Shown in pieces: positions 22,591-33,745 of a stretch of 64,000 nucleotides of DNA. The position numbers were made by a program, and so were the translations under genes. The stretch's first letter is position 1; every line of letters starts with the position of its first letter. The DNA is taken from contig CAJFCJ010000024.1 of assembly GCA_904063045.1 (NCBI GenBank), positions 124,001 through 188,000 on the forward strand. The letters are read 5' to 3'. The notes below the pieces were generated by a model. It made no database searches. It was not told where the DNA came from and saw only the letters and a list, made by a program, of their open reading frames with translations. Origin of the DNA: Dimorphilus gyrociliatus (Eukaryota; Animalia; Annelida).

Positions 22591-22947
22591 CTTAGAATCT
22601 GGAAATATAAATATTAAAAGACTCTATTGTGAGCGATAATGCAAAAATAGCTGAATATATACGTTTAGTGACTTAAATAAACCTCAGTCAAATAATATTT
22701 CGAGAACGCTGTGACTTTATGATATGGTGAAGGTAATGAGGCCTACATGGCTTTGTTTAACAAGATAACATGAAAAATATTCTTTTATCAGTTTAGATAC
22801 AGCAGTCGGCCATGAATTTAGCGCCATCTGCAGGCAACCGCAACGCCCTTGAGTAATGTGGTTACGTGCTCTGCACATAATTTCTAACATAAAAACCTGA
22901 TTTGAACCAACGATCCCTGTTGCTCACAACCTATCCATCTTCTCTAC

Positions 22948-24544
22948 ATGGCTTCGAGAACTTTAAGTCAATTTTTAGGAAAATTAAGACATGTCAGGAA
23001 AAATGACTTGTTGTATAATCAACAGAGATCATTCTATTTATATTCCCCCGAGCCGTTTCACCCTATTCCAGGAAAAGAACCAAAATGGATGTCAGCTGAA
23101 GAAGCAGTCTCAACCGTAACTTCAGGACACAAGATTTTTATTCATGGATGTGCTGCAACACCTGTCGATTTAGTAAATGCCCTGGCAAAACACGGAAAAG
23201 ACTCGAAAATCAAAGACGTGGAGGTTATTCATATTCACACTGAAGGACCTGGTAATATTCATATCTTTTTATAACTAATCTTTTACTATTGTTCAAGAAC
23301 TGATATAGTTAGAAAATGATTAAAATTTCGTAACAACTTCTTACGATAATTTATTTTCCCTTAGCAACGTATACAAAACCAGAATACGAGGGAATATTTC
23401 GTTCGAATTCACTTTTTATTGGGGGTAACTGTAGAGAAGCTGTGAATAGTGGAAGAGCAGATTTTACACCGATCTTTCTCTCTGAGATTCCGCATTTATT
23501 CCGTAGAAAAATAATAAATTTGGACGTGGCCATAATTCAAGTATCTCCTCCAGATAAGCATGGTTTCTGCAGTTTAGGACCGTCTGTTGATTGTACAAGA
23601 GCAGCCATACAGAATGCAAAGCATATTATTGCCCAAGTAAATCCAAAAATGCCTAGAACTTTTGGAGATGGTATCCTGCATATGTCCCATTGTGACGCAA
23701 TGGTTGAAAGTGAAGCTGATTTACCTGAATTACCCAATCATAAACCTTCTGCAGTCGAAGAGAAAATTGGATCATTGATTGCTGACAATCTTGTAGCTGA
23801 TGGAGCAACTTTACAAATGGGGATTGGATCTATCCCAGATGCTGTTTTAGCTAAACTTAAAGATCATCGGGATTTAGGAGTACATTCTGAAATGTTTTCA
23901 GATGGGGTTGTTGACCTTGTGGAGTGCGGAGCAATCACTAACGCTAAGAAGACAGTCCAAACAGGAAAGATTGTAGGAGGTTTCGTACTAGGAACAAGGA
24001 GATTATACGATTTTCTAGATGACAACCCTTTTGTTGTCATGTGTGACATATCAGTAAAGATTTTTCAATAGCCTATTCATATTTGTCTTAACTAGCTTAT
24101 TCGTTTCAGTTTGTCAACTATTCACCAGTTATTGCCCAGAATCCCAAGGTGACTGCTATAAATAGCTGCATAGAGGTCGATCTGACAGGTCAAGTTGTCA
24201 GTGATTCAATTGGAACAAGAATGTACTCGGGAGTTGGTGGCCAAGTTGATTTCATAAGAGGAGCCGCTATTGGTCACGATGGTCTTGGAAAGCCAATTTT
24301 GGCAATGCCAAGCGAAACTGCAAGGGGTGAATCTAAAATAGTACCATTCCTTAAAGAGGGTGGTGGAGTAGTTACAACCAGAGCGCATGTTCACTATATA
24401 GTTACTGAATATGGTATTGCTCACCTATTCGGTAAAAATTTGAGACAACGCGCCTACGAGTTGATTAGGATTGCTCATCCTGATCATAGGCAAGCTCTTG
24501 AAGAAGCTGCCTTTGAAAGATTGAGATGCATGCCCAGCCCCTAA
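22948..24544 (+). CDS. Family I CoA-transferase (acetyl-CoA hydrolase / 4-hydroxybutyrate CoA-transferase-like; animal acetate:succinate CoA-transferase type), 3 exons, 475 aa
   Basis: Exons 22948-23251, 23365-24053 and 24110-24544 (1428 nt in frame). Basic amphipathic mitochondrial-type presequence. Motifs LQMGIGSIPDAV, GVHSEMFSDG (catalytic Glu), SGVGGQVDFIRGA, VVTTRAHVHYIVTEYGIA. Confidence 0.92.
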
Positions 24545-25653
24545 GTTTTCTTCTCTTATCCAAACTATTATTTCTCAATTGAAAATGCTCTGTATAAGTG
24601 TTACTAAAATACGGTTACATTAGTTGCACTATAGAAACTAAGCTTTATCGTCTACTCGCCCAAATGCCCTTTCTCCTCCCCCCCTCTCTCTCTCTCTCAT
24701 ATTTTTCCATAGAATCTAACTACAACAAATCTGAACATTTCAGTGTAATATACACGAGAAAAACAAACTTGATAAAAAAAAAACTCTTCCAAATTTACTT
24801 TCTCCTTTAAAAAAAAAACAAAAACTGCTAAAAGAGATTTATTTAAAAAAAAAATAGTAAAAAGAGAAAACACTAAAAATTTGTGAAGAAACAAATATGT
24901 AAAACACGCTTGATTTTTGGAGATATTATATCTTTGTTTTCTATCAAAAAGAAAAAAATCTATAAAGAAAAATCTTTTTAAAAAATATTTGTTTTAAGGA
25001 TTTGAAGTCCTTAGACAAAAAGATAAAAGTCAATCTTTTCCTAGAAAATTTCCTTTTAAGAAACGAGCAGATGTTGGCTTTCTTTTTCTCTAACCATTTA
25101 ATATATATACATATATATTTACATATATATATCTATATATATACATATTTAATAAAATACAAAAAGAATGCCTTTACCTAAATCATACAAAGTAAACATT
25201 GTATTTTAGTAACACTTCTAATCGTTGGAATCTCGGAAAAAATGTGTTTCTGTCTCTATTGTAATTCACGAATAACTACTTGCCATAATGCCATCTTGTC
25301 TATTAAAAACGTAAATTTATTGATTTCTTTTAGTCATTGGCCGCAACTTCACCTGCAAAGAAGGATCAACGTCCTCTCATGCCCGGGTCGCTCTCCTTCA
25401 AGGGCGGTCAATGACCTAGTATATTATGTTGCGTTTGAATATTCATTAGTCTTAGGCGTCAATATTACTGTCTAAAATGAACTTAGCTTATGAGAAATGC
25501 GAAAGACAACATAGTGAATTTTGTACAGAAATGAGAATTTGCGATCAAAATAATTCTTTATTCAAAAACAAAGTTTTTTCGATTATACTAACTATTAACA
25601 TGAATCTTAGTAACAAGTTTCACTCGTGTACTACAAAAGGCAAAATTTTAACA

Positions 25654-28136
25654 CTAATTACTGGAAATGCTTTCCTTTGCTTTTTTCTTCTTTTTCTTCT
25701 CCTTTTTCGAGATTACTTCGTCTTCATCTTCAGAAGGATACGATATTTTGCTTTTGCCAATAGAAGACAGCTTCAAAATTTCTTCATCTGTATTAGTAAA
25801 AAGTTATAGCTGAGTTGAAAGCTTAAAAATAAATTGCATATCAAATTAAATATCAAATGTTACCAACCCGGTTTATTAGCAGCCTTTCCATTTATTGGGG
25901 TTGATGACACAAAATCTCTTTTATTTTTGGGACTATCTGTCAAATAGTTAAGCAATGCTATGCAAATAGTGAAATGATATACAGTTTATAAAACTTACTG
26001 CTTTCCTTTTCGTTGACCACATTTCTCATCTTCAAATCTTTGGGAACTTCTTTCTTGGTCTTTTTGGGCTAGAGAACGAATGTAATACATATATTTATGC
26101 CTAAACTTTAAAATTAACAACCTGCGGTTTATCTGCGGTAGTTTTAGTTCTCTCAGTGAGTTTCTTACGGACATCTACTAAATAACTTATAGGGGGTGCT
26201 AAAATTATTTAAAAATATGTAATTTTTCAAGCCAAAAAAATTAATAATAACAACTCACTTATAGTAAATCCGGGATCTTTCTTATTTTTCACTAAAACAT
26301 TTGGAGCTTCCTGAAAACATACTAGTTTTACATATTACATTCATACACTAAGTCTAGTTGTTCCCTACCGTGGGCTTTAGAGGTATGACATCGAACTGCC
26401 AATTACTTCCTGGTAATTTTTTCTAATAATAATAAATTGATTAGAAAAGTTTATAGAAAATTCTAAGTTTTTTTTACCGTTGTATGCTTTTTCTCATCAA
26501 TAACGTCTCTGCCAGGAAGATGTAAAGTTTGACCATTGAGAACGCGAACATCAAACTAGAAGTTGAAAATTTGAAAGTTTTATTTGATATCGAGTCTTTA
26601 AAACTACAACTCTTACTCCTTTGGGAAGACTTATACATAGCAAAGTTTTTCCTGAGCTGGCTGTTGGCTTCATAACTTCAGAAAAGTGAACATCTTCCGC
26701 AACAGCCATAGGTTTATCCTCTTCATAGCTAAAATATATTATACACATCATAATTAATTTAATACTACATGAAGTATAATAACTTACAAGTGCATTGTTT
26801 GTTTTTGTAGAGCAATCATTTTCTTTTTGGAAATATCTGGTGTACCCGATCCCGTTGATTTCGGTTTTACTTTAGGTGAATTGAAGTTACTATCTTTCAA
26901 TTTCTTCGGACTGGCTTTCTTTTCTGTAAACATTATTTTCTTATAAATAAATCAATCTTTCGTACAATTTTACCTTTAGTCTCTTTTTTAGCTGGCATAC
27001 TTTTCTCTTTCATTTCTTTCGTTTCAAGAAAAGATACATGTTTTTCCTCCTCGGAAGAATCAGGGGAATCGGATACTTCGTCTGGTGTTGTCAATTTAGA
27101 CTTATTGACCGATTTCTCATCGGATTCTGAATCTGAAGATGTTTCCTCCTCTTTTTTTGACTTTATGGGTGACACCTTCTTTTTGGGACTTGTCGAAGAC
27201 GATTTCGAAATATTCTCGAGTTTTGTAACAACCTTGGAAACCTTCTTTGAGCTAGCACCTCTATCGTCACCACTGCTATCGCTACCACTGGCTGAAGATG
27301 AATGTTGAACTTTACTCTTTTGAACGATTTCTAAATCAGAGTCAGACGATTCCTGCTTTCGTCCTTTACTGAAAGATGACTTAAAAATTTTCGAATTTCT
27401 GGATGGAGTTTCTTGCTCTCTATTCGGTTTTTCATTTTCGTCGCTGCTAGAATCAGAGTCATTGAACGATTTTCGAGGCTTTCCTGTTATAATAACTTGT
27501 TTATGAGCTTTCTTCATCTTCAATCTCTCGTCTTCTTTGCTATCACTATCATCATCACTGGACTCCGCAAATGACTTAGAAGATTTCGGTTTCTGAGGTG
27601 ATTTAGTCTTAAATTTCTTTAAATTATCATCACTGCTATCCGAACTCGAACTAGACGACTTCTTTTTCTTCTTAGATTTGTCAGGGAAGAGTTGCTTCGA
27701 GGACTTAATAGCCTCAGGAAATTCTTCATCTGAACTCGAATCCGACGAGTTTTTAAATAAGGATGCTTGCTTCTTTGATCTTTTCTTATTCATAGACACC
27801 GTAAAAATTGCGGGCTTTTTCATTTTTGGCTTTTCGTCTTCTGAAGAGGATGAGCTTGAAGATTTTCGCTTCCTCTTTTGACTCGATTGAGTTAAGATTT
27901 CATTTCTCTCGTCAGAATCGGACGAACTATCTCGGAATTTTTTACCTAAAAAATTCGTAACGTGCGTATCTAGAACATTTAAGAAAGTTTTTTACTTACT
28001 TCTTCTTTTTTCAAAAGAAGTGACTGCTTTCATAGTTTCCTGAAATAAATAAATTTTAAAACTATTTCTTGAATTTGGACTTAAACACCTTAAGCGAGTC
28101 ATCTTTCGAATGTTTCTTAGTCTTTGATTTCCCCAT
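25654..28136 (-). CDS. POLR1G: RNA polymerase I subunit RPA34/PAF49-like protein with long N-terminal Ser/Asp/Lys-rich (Nopp140/treacle-like) region, about 11 exons
   Basis: Hand-spliced C-terminal half GKTLLCISLPKGFDVRVLNGQTLHLPG...WQFDV...GFTITPPISYLVDV...EVPKDLKMR aligns by eye with PAF49 [25 protein letters not shown]...PPGLRPRF. Poly-Lys tail; ATG at 28136, TAG at 25654-25656. The symbol is tentative. Confidence 0.65.
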
Positions 28137-28307
28137 AACTTTGAAATGGAACAGTTAAGGTATTATCGCTCAGCAAAATAAACTCTGATGAAGACAGGAA
28201 GGGATATGTAAAGTTGTTCTTTGGATAGAAAAGATTAGCAATTTATTAATATTAATATTATTTGTTTATTTATTTACATACCTCTGAGTACTTTCTACTT
28301 AAATTCC

Positions 28308-28409
28308 CACGTGCTCGTTTTAGAGAAATTCGACCATCTTAGGTCACGTGACATAAAAGATTCCTCGGGCGCGAATTATTTAAAATTAATCGCGCCCCCT
28401 GGCTTATAT
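28308..28409. promoter_or_regulatory. Putative promoter of the RPA34-like gene: two CACGTG E-boxes and inverted E2F-like GGCGCGA/TCGCGCC sites
   Basis: CACGTG at 28308-28313, GTCACGTGAC at 28343-28352 and GGCGCGAA...TCGCGCC at about 28368-28406, in otherwise very AT-rich DNA just upstream of a 5'-UTR donor (GAG|GTATGT near 28280). Function is inferred. Confidence 0.45.
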
Positions 28410-28847
28410 TTGGAGAAAATCCATCACGTTACGTATAATTGTTAAACTGTCACTCATAAATGTCACTAATTGCAAACAACTCGTCTTGATAGGCAAACAA
28501 GTAAGGGATAAGGTAAATAGTTCACTTAAGGTAATCAGCGAATTCGAATAAATGAGCAAAAGAATTTTTATTATAAAAAAAAGTGTGTAAAATAAATATC
28601 TTATCATAAATGAATTGAAAACGTAGAATTATTCACTGAATAATATGAAAATTGATAACCTAAAATAGAAAACTATAACAAAAACAAGACTTTTACCTAA
28701 CAAAAGAATTTCTTCTAAAGTATACGAAAATAAACAAATAGCATATTTTTCAAATTAGGGTTTTTAAGACATTGTCTGGACTAAAAAATCTCAGCCTTGA
28801 AAATAATAACTCAGAAAGAACTCATAATAGAACTAGAAAGAATTTTG

Positions 28848-30392
28848 TTATACCATAAACACTGATTTATGATTGCTGTAGGGTGGAGGTGAAGAACGAT
28901 TTGAATCGTTGTCGCCATTTTCTTGAGTAAATGCAATATTTACAGTACCACCTTGTGTTTCAGATTCTGAAGTACTTATGTATGGAACTGCAAAACCGTC
29001 AGGATTTGTTCGTTTCCCTATGAAGCTCGTTCTAATGGGTATTTCGCTAAGAAGAACAACTGGTTCCGTACTTTCTCGAAATTGACAGAAAAGTTTTGCG
29101 AGTAAAACGATAACAACCATAATGAAAACAACGCCAATAACAATCGCTGCTATCCATGCCTTATTACTTGAGTCAGAGTCGTCATTAGAGTTAAAGTTGG
29201 CAGATCTATTATACAAATCTGTTACCGTTAAATTATTTTTTAACTCATTAGCTGAAGTTGTTAAAAATAATACTTTTGACGAATGACGCAGATGAACTGT
29301 AGATTTCTGACTATTTGTTGATGCGATCAAGGATGATTCACTTGCTGGCATAATTATTTTTTGTAACGTAGACAATTGGCTCGTTGCAGATGTAGATTCA
29401 GGTTTTTCAGATGTTTGCTGTTCGGTAGTAGTAGAGGATAACACATCGTTTTGAGTTGTTAACAGAGCTTTTAAAGGTGATAGCGGGGTCGTTCCAAATT
29501 CTTTGGCAGAAGTAGTTTCATCATATTGCGTTGTTATCAACGCTTTTAATGTTGATGGCGTTCTTGTTTCAAATTCTTTAATAGATGTAGAATCGCTTCT
29601 TTGCGTGGTTATTTTTGAAGTTGATAAATGTTTCGTTTCAAATTTTCCGGAGGTAGATTCGATTTTTTCAGGTGTATACTGTTCTGTTGAGGTAGAGAAT
29701 GATTCATTTTCTTGAGTAGCTGTTGTCAGCAATTTGGAAGTGTCTAACCGACTCGTTCCGAAAGCTTCGGTTGTTGTTGAGTCAATTTTTTTAGCTGTAT
29801 GTGTTTCTGTATTAACCAAGGATTGCAATGAAGCTGTAGTTGGTGAACTTTGATTACTAGACACATTTATATCGCCACTTTGGGAACTTTTTGTACCATT
29901 ACTCGTTAAACTTGCGTTTTTGCTGAAGCTTGATGTAAAAACTGATGTAGAATTTGTTAAAAAGTCATTTCCTGTAGTGATGTTATCCTTTGTTCCACCT
30001 AGAGTAGTTCTTGCTTGAGTCATTTCAGGTGTTCGACTGAATAATTCTTGACTTCTGTTAGGAATCGCTGATAACGATCGGTCAGTTGAACTCTTTAATA
30101 TTAATTTAGATGAGGTTGTTGTGAAAGTTTTCACTTCATTGATAGTTAATTGGGTTTTTCCAACTGCTTGACTTTGACTAAAATCTCCTTTGGTTTCACC
30201 ATAAGATGCCATAGATGCGGTAGTGGCAGGTTTTGAGGTATTCACAATTGTTCCATTTTGAGAAGATAGCAGGAGCGTAGTAGAATTTGTTTTATTGGAC
30301 AAAGGTGTATAGGTTGTCTGCAGCGTAGTCTGAGAAAAAATTAGCCGAAGACAGACAATTATATGAAACAATAGCACTCGAAAGGCTTTCAT
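28848..30392 (-). CDS. Mucin-like single-pass type I membrane protein, 514 aa, intronless
   Basis: Signal peptide, about 380-aa Ser/Thr-rich ectodomain with N-glycosylation sequons, TM segment AWIAAIVIGVVFIMVVIVLLA, cytoplasmic tail with PPPY. Confidence 0.85.
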   Translation of the reverse strand: MKAFRVLLFHIIVCLRLIFSQTTLQTTYTPLSNKTNSTTLLLSSQNGTIVNTSKPATTASMASYGETKGDFSQSQAVGKTQLTINEVKTFTTTSSKLILKSSTDRSLSAIPNRSQELFSRTPEMTQARTTLGGTKDNITTGNDFLTNSTSVFTSSFSKNASLTSNGTKSSQSGDINVSSNQSSPTTASLQSLVNTETHTAKKIDSTTTEAFGTSRLDTSKLLTTATQENESFSTSTEQYTPEKIESTSGKFETKHLSTSKITTQRSDSTSIKEFETRTPSTLKALITTQYDETTSAKEFGTTPLSPLKALLTTQNDVLSSTTTEQQTSEKPESTSATSQLSTLQKIIMPASESSLIASTNSQKSTVHLRHSSKVLFLTTSANELKNNLTVTDLYNRSANFNSNDDSDSSNKAWIAAIVIGVVFIMVVIVLLAKLFCQFRESTEPVVLLSEIPIRTSFIGKRTNPDGFAVPYISTSESETQGGTVNIAFTQENGDNDSNRSSPPPYSNHKSVFMV

Positions 30393-30717
30393 TTTCCACT
30401 AACAGATAATCCAAAAATAGAATCACAAAAAAATAATCATCAAACAATTAATTGTTAGCCACAGAAGATCATATTATAACTGAAGTTTTTAAGCGTCTGC
30501 GCCAATTTCCGTTATTATTTTCGTATAAAGTGTTTGTTTTTCTTTTTTACACAATCAACAAACACATTATTAATATTATGTAATTTATATCATATATTAG
30601 TGATTTTCTTTATTATATACATTCATACGAATATCGATTAGAAAATAGAGGAAGTATTGCGAAAATTGCACTTTTCTCCAGCCAATCAGAAGAATTATTA
30701 CAACGGCATTTTACAAG

Positions 30718-33700
30718 ATGGCTGAACAGCAAGTTTCGTGGCTGGACCAAAATGAAAAACTTTTGCCATTATTAGAAAAACCTCACCTAAAAGGAGAAGA
30801 ATGGTAAGTATTTATGAACTTTATCTTAAATCTAAAGAGTGATTATTGAAGCTTTTTCGGCCGTAATAGTCAATTTTTTCCATGAATTTTACAACACGAG
30901 GATATCCGTTGTAATAATTACGTAGTAAAAAATTTGAAACGCTGAGTAATAATTGTACCTTTTCCAATTTCAGGTATGTCATAGATCATAGGTGGTTAAA
31001 GCAGTGGAAAGATTATATAGGAGCTAATGATGTACCCGGTGGACAGGAGACTAACTATCCGGGTACTATAAATAATGAAAATATTATCGATAAAACTCTC
31101 GATCCTTTGCCGGATTATGGTCATTTCGTTCTGCACAATATATCTGAGAACGTCAACTACTCATATGTTCCTAAGGAGGTCTGGACGACGCTTAAAAATG
31201 TCTATGGCTATCATCAAATGCATCCAATAAAGAGGGAAGTTGTTGAAATGGGAGATTCACAAACACCGACAATTGAATTACACTTAATACATGTACGACT
31301 CACAAGAATAGAAGATAGAAATAACTTGGATATTGCGAAAGATAAATACTATAGTTGTAAAGTAACGATAGACACCGTCTGTCAAGACACTATAAAACTT
31401 TTCGACTGCAAAGGGGTCAAAAATTATCGTATTTGGTCTAAATATAAAAAATGGACGCTTCTGAAGGGGAAGTATAGTTTAGATCAAGTTGGTTTAAAGG
31501 ATGGTGAAATTCTCTATCTGGAAACAACAAAAAGTTCATCTTTCGATTGCCAAAAGCAACCGGACATATTAGCTTTCCAGAATGGAACTGAGGAAGAACC
31601 TATGGATTATTGTGAAGATCAAGAAATGGACAATTATGATGAAATGAGCGTTGTATCTCCTTGTGGCCTATCGAACATGGGAAATACTTGTTTCATGAAT
31701 AGCGCTCTGCAATGTCTTGTCTCAGTCGGGACATTGACGCATTATTTCGTTTCAAACAAGTATGTGTCCAAAGAACTTTTTATTTAAATTTAAAGATATA
31801 ATTATACTTAAAAAGCTATTAAATCTCATATAACAAGAGTTTCACCTGGAATAGAATGTATGAGATGCAGTAGCAACATGTCACTTTAATTTAAAAACGA
31901 AATTAGCATAAAAGATGAAATTTTTATTTAATAATTTTTGAATTTTTTCAGATGGAAGCAGGATTTGAACAAAAGCAATCCGTTAGGAATGAGAGGAGAA
32001 GTTGCTAAAGCCTACGCTGATCTCGTCAAAGAAATGCACTCTTCAGCAAAGCAGATGCATTCTGTTCTACCTAGACAATTTAAGATAGCTGTTTCGCGAT
32101 TTGCTCCACAGTTTTCAGGCTGGGCACAGCATGATTCCCAAGAACTTTTAGCTTTTTTATTAGACGGTTTACACGAAGATTTAAATAGGATAAAGGACAA
32201 ACCATATGTGGAAACTAGAGAGGCAGACGGGCGTCCAGAAGATAAAGTCGCACGAGATTCTTGGAAGGATTATACTAAGCGTAATGACTCAGTAGTTGTT
32301 GATACCTTCCACGGACAACTTAAGTCAACACTAGTCTGTCCAAAATGTTCTCATGTTTCGGTTACTTTTGATCCTTTTTGTTATTTAAGTTTGCCTTTAC
32401 CTCAAATTCGAAATCGTTGTATAACGATTATTCTCTTAGGAAAAAGTCCCATATCAGAGCCTACTGAACTTCATGTGAAAGTTGAAAAACAGGGTCGAAT
32501 ACTGAATTTATGTGAAAGTGTAGCCCAAGCAGCTAATGATAGACTGCCAAAAGACAGTAAAGAAAGGATTAACCATGAAAATCTTATTGTTGTTGAGGTT
32601 CATAGTGGCCATATCTCTAAGATATATAACCCAGGCGATGCAGTATCAATGATAATGGATAAGGATTATATTAGAGTATTTGAATTAGCAGCTGTCGAAA
32701 GAGGAGTTCCTAGAGATAAGTATAAACTAATCGGTGTTTATGAGCGTGTTCCTGCGGCGAACTCCTACCACAAATCCTTTAAAACAGTTGGAAACCCCTT
32801 CGTCTTAGCCGTTCCTATAGAAATCAATTATGACACTTTACTGGATATGATTCTTGTGCGTATGAAGCGATATATCAAACATAGTGACAAAATAGAAAAG
32901 TTTGAGGAAGTTAATAAGCTGAATGGTGAAAGTGAAGACGCATCTGAACCTTTTGCTTTGAGGTAAATTATTACATACATAAGTTTTTATTGTATTTTTA
33001 AAGTCTTTTCTCTGTTGTATAGATTGGTCAACATGTACGGCAATGCTCAAGTAGCAGAGATGACTTTAAAGACTCCTTTGAAACAAAATGAGAATGTACA
33101 ATATGTTGCTTTGGATTGGGAATCTGATGAAAATCGAAAGTTTTTCCTAGATCCACATGAAGAACGCTATGTAAAAAAAGAGGATGCCCCGGCAAACTTG
33201 CGCGTAAAAGATTTACAGTTAAATGATTGCTTGGAATTATTTACGAGTGAAGAAAAATTGTCGGAATCGGATCCGTGGTACTGTCCAAAATGTAAAAAAC
33301 ATCAGCAAGCAACAAAAAAGTTAGATTTGTGGTCACTACCTGACATCTTAGTAGTGCATTTAAAACGTTTCTCTTATTGTCGCTGGTGGAGAGACAAAAT
33401 TGATTCATTAGTATATTTCCCGACTAAAGACCTGAATTTGAAGAAATACGTTTTGGATCCATCAATTGACGAGGAAGATGCGATCTATGATTTATTAGCA
33501 GTATCCAATCATTTTGGAGGTTTGTAATCTATTTTGGAGAAAAAATATAAAATTAACAAATATTTTTGTGCTTAGGAATGGGAGGAGGCCATTATACAGC
33601 CTTTTCTCGACGAGGAACGAAATGGGTGAATTTGGATGATTCTTGCGTTAGTCGTATTGCAGAAGAGTCAGTCGTGAACCGGTCTGCGTATGTTTTATTT

Positions 33701-33745
33701 TATGAAAGACGCAATCCCAAGAAACGCACACTACACTGCAACTGA
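30718..33745 (+). CDS. USP15: Ubiquitin-specific protease USP4/USP11/USP15 family (DUSP-UBL-split catalytic domain), 5 exons
   Basis: DUSP segment [17 protein letters not shown]; Cys box [17 protein letters not shown]; [21 protein letters not shown]; [15 protein letters not shown]; His box [15 protein letters not shown]; AYVLFYERR. The paralogue among USP4/11/15 is not resolvable. Confidence 0.9.

Noticed and set aside
26460-28136. Nucleolin (RRM) call for the Ser/Lys-rich gene
   Set aside because: No RNP1/RNP2 motifs or GAR domain after splicing; the folded part fits RPA34 better.
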